Origin: a bacterium
GTDB taxonomy: Bacteria; SAR324; XYD2-FULL-50-16; G965216635
Reading direction: 5' to 3'
Assembly (NCBI GenBank): GCA_965216635.1
Contig: OZ244188.1
Span: 96,001-160,000, forward strand
DNA length: 64,000 bases
Position 1 is the first letter of the stretch. Every line of letters begins with the position of its first letter. The notes below the pieces were generated by a model, which saw only the letters and a program-made list of their open reading frames with translations, was not told where the DNA came from and did no database searches. The position numbers and the translations under genes are program-made. Of the stretch, positions 59,252 through 64,000 are shown one piece after another.

Positions 59252-59788
59252 ATGTTAAGAACAACTACAGCACAAAAATTTACTTCTACTAAAATCTACG
59301 ATCTTTTGATTGGACTAGGTGCAGAAAAAAAGAGCGCAGAGATTGCTATTGGAGAGTTTGTAGAACTGGTCCCAAAAGCTTTGGCTTCTAGTACAACAGA
59401 AAATGGTTTGGATGTCACTCTTCCTACGGACAAAGGGGATATCTGGAGATTGGAATCCATCATTTCAGACAACAAGAACGATACAGACAGAATAATAACA
59501 GAGAACAGAAACGACCTAGAAAGAATAATAACAGACAATAAAAATGATACAGACCTAAAACTGAAAGATATTGAGAGTAAAATCGTAAAAACCAAAAGCG
59601 ACTTGATAAGAATAATAACAGACAATAAAAATGATACAGACCTGAAATTTAAGGATATAGATTTAAAAATAGAAAGGATGAGAACAGAAGTAGAAAAAAA
59701 CAAAAACGCTCTATTGATTATAGGAATTTCAACACAGCTAGCAGTTGGTGGGCTGGTTGTGGCTATTTTACAATTTTTACAAAACTAA
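59252..59788 (+). CDS. Bdr/DUF1640-like coiled-coil protein, paralog 2 (type B)
   Basis: Same head and anchor; RNDLERIITDN-type repeats. Confidence 0.72.
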   Translation: MLRTTTAQKFTSTKIYDLLIGLGAEKKSAEIAIGEFVELVPKALASSTTENGLDVTLPTDKGDIWRLESIISDNKNDTDRIITENRNDLERIITDNKNDTDLKLKDIESKIVKTKSDLIRIITDNKNDTDLKFKDIDLKIERMRTEVEKNKNALLIIGISTQLAVGGLVVAILQFLQN

Positions 59789-59795
59789 AAATAAA

Positions 59796-60350
59796 ATGTT
59801 AAGAACAGCTACGACACAAAAATTTACTTCTACCAAAATCTACGATCTTTTGATTGGACTAGGTGCAGAAAAAAAGAAAGCAGAGATTGCTATTGGAGAG
59901 TTTGTAGAACTGAGACCAAAAGCTTTGGCTTCTAGTACAACAGAAACGGGTTTGGATACCACTCTTCCTACGGACAAAGGGGATATCTGGAGATTGGAAT
60001 CTATCATTTCAGAGAACAAGAACGATACAGATATAAAACTGAAAGATATTGAGAGTAAAATCGTAGAAACCAAAAGCGACCTAGAAAAAACTATAGCAAA
60101 AACCAAAAGCGACCTAGAAAAAACTATAGCAAAAATCGAAAGCAACCTAAAAGAAACTATAGCAAAAATCGAAAGCAACTTAAAAGAAACTATAGCAAAA
60201 AATAAAAGCGATACCGATTTAAAAATAGAAATGATGAGAACAGAAGTAGAAAAAAACAAAAACGCTTTATTGATTATAGGAATTTCAACACAGCTAGCAG
60301 TTGGTGGGCTGGTTGTGGCTGCATTACAGCTTTTAAAAGTTTTGACTTAA
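59796..60350 (+). CDS. Bdr/DUF1640-like coiled-coil protein, paralog 3 (type A; start moved to ATG 59796)
   Basis: MLRTATTQKF start aligns with paralogs; four KSDLEKTIAK-type repeats. Confidence 0.72.
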   Translation: MLRTATTQKFTSTKIYDLLIGLGAEKKKAEIAIGEFVELRPKALASSTTETGLDTTLPTDKGDIWRLESIISENKNDTDIKLKDIESKIVETKSDLEKTIAKTKSDLEKTIAKIESNLKETIAKIESNLKETIAKNKSDTDLKIEMMRTEVEKNKNALLIIGISTQLAVGGLVVAALQLLKVLT

Positions 60351-60536
60351 TAAAGTAGCAGAAAAGTTTAGCTTATCTGCAAAATGTATTTTGGTGAGGG
60401 GATATTTTTTTGGGGCATTGACTTTAAAAGGAGAATTTGCCAAAATAAGTTTGCCAAAATAAGTTTGATTGCTATGATGTTTTTAGTAGAATTTATAAAA
60501 ATAAAACAACCAAAATAAAAACTTTTAAAAAATAAA

Positions 60537-61106
60537 ATGTTAAGAACAACTACAGCACAAAACTTTACTTCTACTAAAATCTACGATCTTTTGATTGGAC
60601 TAGGTGCAGAAAAAAAGAAAGCAGAGATTGCTATTGGAGAGTTTGTAGAACTGAGACCAAAAGCTTTGGCTTCTAGTACAACAGAAACTGGTTTGGATGT
60701 CACTCTTCCTACGGACAAAGGGGATATCTGGAGATTGGAATCTATCATTTCAGAGAACAAGAACGATACAGATATAAAACTGAAAGATATTGAGAGTAAA
60801 ATCGTAGAAACCAAAAGTAACCTAGAAAAAATAATAACAGAAAACAGAAACGACCTAGAAAAAATAATAACAAAAAACAGAAACGACCTAGAAAAAATAA
60901 TAACAGACAACAGAAACGACCTAGAAAGAATAATAACAGACAATAAAAATGATACAGACCTGAAATTTAAGGATATAGATTTAAAAATAGAAAGGATGAG
61001 AACAGAAGTAGAAAAAAACAAAAACGCTCTGTTATTCTGGGGTGTGACAGCCCAGCTGACTATTGGTGGGTTGGTTGTGACTATACTACAATTTTTACAA
61101 AACTAA
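60537..61106 (+). CDS. Bdr/DUF1640-like coiled-coil protein, paralog 4 (type B)
   Basis: Four RNDLEKIIT-type repeats; variant anchor FWGVTAQLTIGG. Confidence 0.72.
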   Translation: MLRTTTAQNFTSTKIYDLLIGLGAEKKKAEIAIGEFVELRPKALASSTTETGLDVTLPTDKGDIWRLESIISENKNDTDIKLKDIESKIVETKSNLEKIITENRNDLEKIITKNRNDLEKIITDNRNDLERIITDNKNDTDLKFKDIDLKIERMRTEVEKNKNALLFWGVTAQLTIGGLVVTILQFLQN

Positions 61107-61113
61107 AAATAAA

Positions 61114-61617
61114 ATGTTAAGAACAACTACAGCACAAAACTTTACTTCTACTAAAATCTACGATCTTTTGATTGGACTAGGTGCGGAAAAAAAGAAAGCA
61201 GAGATTGCTATTGGAGAGTTTGTAGAACTGAGACCAAAAGCTTTGGCTTCTAGTGCAGCAAAAACGGGTTTGGATACCACTCTTCCTACGGACAAAGGGG
61301 ATATCTGGAGATTGGAATCTATCATTTCAGAGAACAAGAACGATACAGATATAAAACTGAAAGATATTGAGAGTAAAATCGTAGAAACCAAAAGTAACCT
61401 AGAAAGAATAATAACAGACAACAGAAACGATCTAGAAAGAATAATAACAGACAATAAAAATGATACAGACCTGAAATTTAAGGATATAGATTTAAAAATA
61501 GAAAGGATGAGAACAGAAGTAGAAAAAAACAAAAACGCTCTATTGATTATAGGAATTTCAACACAGCTAGCAGTTGGTGGGCTGGTTGTGACTATACTAC
61601 AATTTTTACAAAACTAG
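61114..61617 (+). CDS. Bdr/DUF1640-like coiled-coil protein, paralog 5 (type B)
   Basis: Two repeats; same head and anchor. Confidence 0.72.
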   Translation: MLRTTTAQNFTSTKIYDLLIGLGAEKKKAEIAIGEFVELRPKALASSAAKTGLDTTLPTDKGDIWRLESIISENKNDTDIKLKDIESKIVETKSNLERIITDNRNDLERIITDNKNDTDLKFKDIDLKIERMRTEVEKNKNALLIIGISTQLAVGGLVVTILQFLQN

Positions 61618-62056
61618 AGACCTTTATTAGCGTTCTGTTTAGCCTATGCAGCGTTGAAAAATTTTTTTAACTCTTGAAATATCACACATATTCCAGCGAG
61701 CTAAAAAAATTTTTCGCCTTGCCTAGCCGTCACATAACACTAATACAAAACTCTCACTAAAAATAGGACCTTTATTAGCGTTCTGTTTAGCCAAAACAAG
61801 CTTATTGCTTGAAACTATTTATGGGCTATAGAAAAAGTGCCTTTTGGCACTTTTTCATTTCTTTTTTGGAGTATGCAAAGTTTGTAGTGCCCTGATCCCA
61901 TTATTGTGGCACTACGCCATTGAAAAATTTTTTTAACTCTTGAAATATCACACATATTCCAGCGAGCTAAAAAAATTTTTCGCACCTGTTCTAACCATTT
62001 GGCTAGCCGTCTTAAGAACAACTACAGCACAAACTCTCACTAAAAATAAGACCTTT
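61616..62056 (-). mobile_element. Two adjacent MITE-like repeat copies (short then long)
   Basis: GACCTTTATTAGCGTTCTGTTTAGCC near 61619 and 61767; the second carries the GAAAAAGTGCC/GGCACTTTTTC hairpin and TTCGCACCTGTTCTAACCATTTGGCTAGCCGTC. Confidence 0.82.
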
Positions 62057-62065
62057 GCGGGATTT

Positions 62066-63982
62066 TTATTTTTCGTTGGCACTTTTAACCAATGCAGCGT
62101 AACTTCCTTTTTTTCTTAGCAATTCTTGGTGTGTGCCTCTTTCTGTGATTTTTCCATTTTGTAAGAAAAGGATTATATCGGATTGTTGGATGGTGCTGAG
62201 TTGGTGGGCTATGGCTATCACTGTTTTTTGGGAAAATATTTTCTGTATTGCCTTGTTAATTTTGGTGGTGGTGATGCTATCTACTGTGCTGGTCACTTCG
62301 TCTAGTAAGAACAATTCTTTTTTTTGGGCTACAATTCTGGCTAGGCTGATTAGTTGCGCCTGCCCTGAAGATAAATTTTTTCCGTTATCTGTAATTTGAA
62401 AGTTGAGCCCTTTTTTCATTTTTTTGACAAAATCTAGAGCATCTACATAGTTTAAAGCTTCTAGAACATCTTTTTTTGTAATTTCTTTTTTGGCAAGATT
62501 GACATTAAATTCTACAGATTCATTAAATAGATAAGTATCTTGAAATTGAATAGAAGCAAAATCTAGCAATAATTTTTTGGGTATTTTTTTCAATTCTATT
62601 CCGTTGATTTGAATTTCGCCTTCGTAGTCTTCGTATTGCTTGCTTAAAACCCTTAGAATGCTGCTTTTTCCGCACCCAGTAGCTCCAACCAAAGCCAATT
62701 TTTGTTTTGAATGCAAAGTAAAGGAAATATTTTTTAACACATATTCTGAAGTATCAGGGTAGCGAAAGGAAACATTCTTAAAAGTAATTTTTTTCATTTT
62801 TTCTAGTGTTTTATTCTGATATATCGGCAAAACTGGCTCTGGTTCTATTTTTTGGCGGAAGAGGTTTTCAATTTGATCTAACGAAGAAAGAGCTCTTTGA
62901 ATAGTAGATATTTGTTGAAAAAGCTCGCGTATCGGCACAAAACATTTTTGTAAAGCGTTCATAAAGGCAATCACTACACTAATGCTAATGAGTTGCTTGA
63001 TGGAAAGATGGGCAGCATACCAAAGCACCACTAAAACACAAATAATAGAAATGCCTTCTATAAAAGCGGTTAGAAAGGATTCGTATTTGTTGACATTTTT
63101 TTGTTGTTTGAAAAATTCATTGTTTTTTTTTTGATAATTCCACAATACTTTTTCTTCGGCTAGATAGAGTTGGACGGTCTGCATTCCTTGAATACACTCG
63201 CTGAGGTAAGCAGCAGCCTTAGCAAGCACCGATCTGGCTATGAGATAGGCTTCTCTCATTAGACTGCGGACAACATGAGCTACTCCCCAAATGATGGGAA
63301 AAAATAAACTAACAATTACAGCCAGTTTCCAATTTAAGAAATAGAGCAGCGCAAAAAGAAAGATGGTTTTAATGAAATCTACTAAAAAGGTTAGCACTCC
63401 TATTGCTAAAGATTCTTGCACATTTTCAAAGTCGCTAGTAAGTCTGGAGAGTAGTCTTCCCAAAGGCTCTTTATCAAAAAATTTTTTAGGAAATTGCAAA
63501 ATTCTGGCAAATAAATCTTGCCTCATATTGACGATGGATCTTTGTGCTATATATTGTAAAGAAAAAGAATAGATGAATTCAAAAACGATACTCAGTAGTA
63601 AAGAAGCTAATAATGCTCCTACCCACAATTTCATTGTAGCCAAATTTTTATGAATGAGGATTTGATCGCTGATTTGCACTACAATCCAAGGCACAGCAAC
63701 AGAAAAAAAAACGAGTAGTGGAATAGCTAAAATAGCGAGGGATAAACTTTTTTTATACTTCAAACTGTAAGAGATAAATCTTTTTAGAATAGCCCAATCT
63801 TTTTTTCGCAGTTCTCCCCTTAGACCTTTGGTTTTGTTTTGAAGCTGGCTAAACTCGCCTTGAATGTTATCTATATGGGTGTGCTCTGTAGAGGAGTTTC
63901 CTAGTTGTGGTTTTACTGTAATGGAATTGTTGCTATATTTTTTTTTATTTATATAACCTATGGGGGGCTTATTTTGTTTCAT
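62066..63982 (-). CDS. ABC exporter, fused permease and ATP-binding domains (MsbA/MdlB-like)
   Basis: TM domain with GRLLSRLTSD, Walker A VGATGCGKSS, signature NLSSGQAQL, LLDEVTSTVD, IAH. Confidence 0.9.
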   Translation of the reverse strand: MKQNKPPIGYINKKKYSNNSITVKPQLGNSSTEHTHIDNIQGEFSQLQNKTKGLRGELRKKDWAILKRFISYSLKYKKSLSLAILAIPLLVFFSVAVPWIVVQISDQILIHKNLATMKLWVGALLASLLLSIVFEFIYSFSLQYIAQRSIVNMRQDLFARILQFPKKFFDKEPLGRLLSRLTSDFENVQESLAIGVLTFLVDFIKTIFLFALLYFLNWKLAVIVSLFFPIIWGVAHVVRSLMREAYLIARSVLAKAAAYLSECIQGMQTVQLYLAEEKVLWNYQKKNNEFFKQQKNVNKYESFLTAFIEGISIICVLVVLWYAAHLSIKQLISISVVIAFMNALQKCFVPIRELFQQISTIQRALSSLDQIENLFRQKIEPEPVLPIYQNKTLEKMKKITFKNVSFRYPDTSEYVLKNISFTLHSKQKLALVGATGCGKSSILRVLSKQYEDYEGEIQINGIELKKIPKKLLLDFASIQFQDTYLFNESVEFNVNLAKKEITKKDVLEALNYVDALDFVKKMKKGLNFQITDNGKNLSSGQAQLISLARIVAQKKELFLLDEVTSTVDSITTTKINKAIQKIFSQKTVIAIAHQLSTIQQSDIILFLQNGKITERGTHQELLRKKGSYAALVKSANEK

Positions 63983-64000
63983 CTTGTATTTTCCAAGTTT

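Noticed and set aside
58545..61532. Five antisense ORFs opposite the coiled-coil genes
   Set aside because: Shadow frames caused by the A-rich repetitive codons of the plus-strand genes

Overview
AT-rich chromosomal window from a diderm bacterium (kdsA, outer-membrane beta-barrel genes; the RpoD C-terminus looks deltaproteobacterial-like, which is inference only). Housekeeping genes are dxs, menB, prs, ruvB, rpoD, dnaG, rpsT, rplS, trmD, rimM, rpsP, orn, mraY, kdsA, rbfA, recC, cfa, xdhA/xdhB and three tRNAs; many sit as orphans detached from their usual operons. Accessory content: (1) a modular intergenic repeat family (MITE-like) at about 18 sites, with GACCTTTGAATT...AATTCAAAGGTC ends and internal hairpins that keep base-pairing while their sequence changes; (2) four tandem paralogous beta-barrel surface-protein genes with two hypervariable loops, a distant fifth paralog at 13.8 kb, and next to them five tandem Bdr/DUF1640-like coiled-coil membrane-anchored paralogs with variable 11-aa repeats; (3) a predicted beta-barrel with a repeat-built stalk and Cys-rich knob, preceded by nine 74-bp tandem repeats that each hold a promoter-like motif; (4) a type III restriction-modification pair between xdhA and xdhB; (5) an msrA frameshifted at a homopolymer and absent from the ORF track; (6) many short tandem duplications. 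No CRISPR array, transposase, integrase or reverse transcriptase was seen. All product calls come from motif recognition by eye, not database searches.
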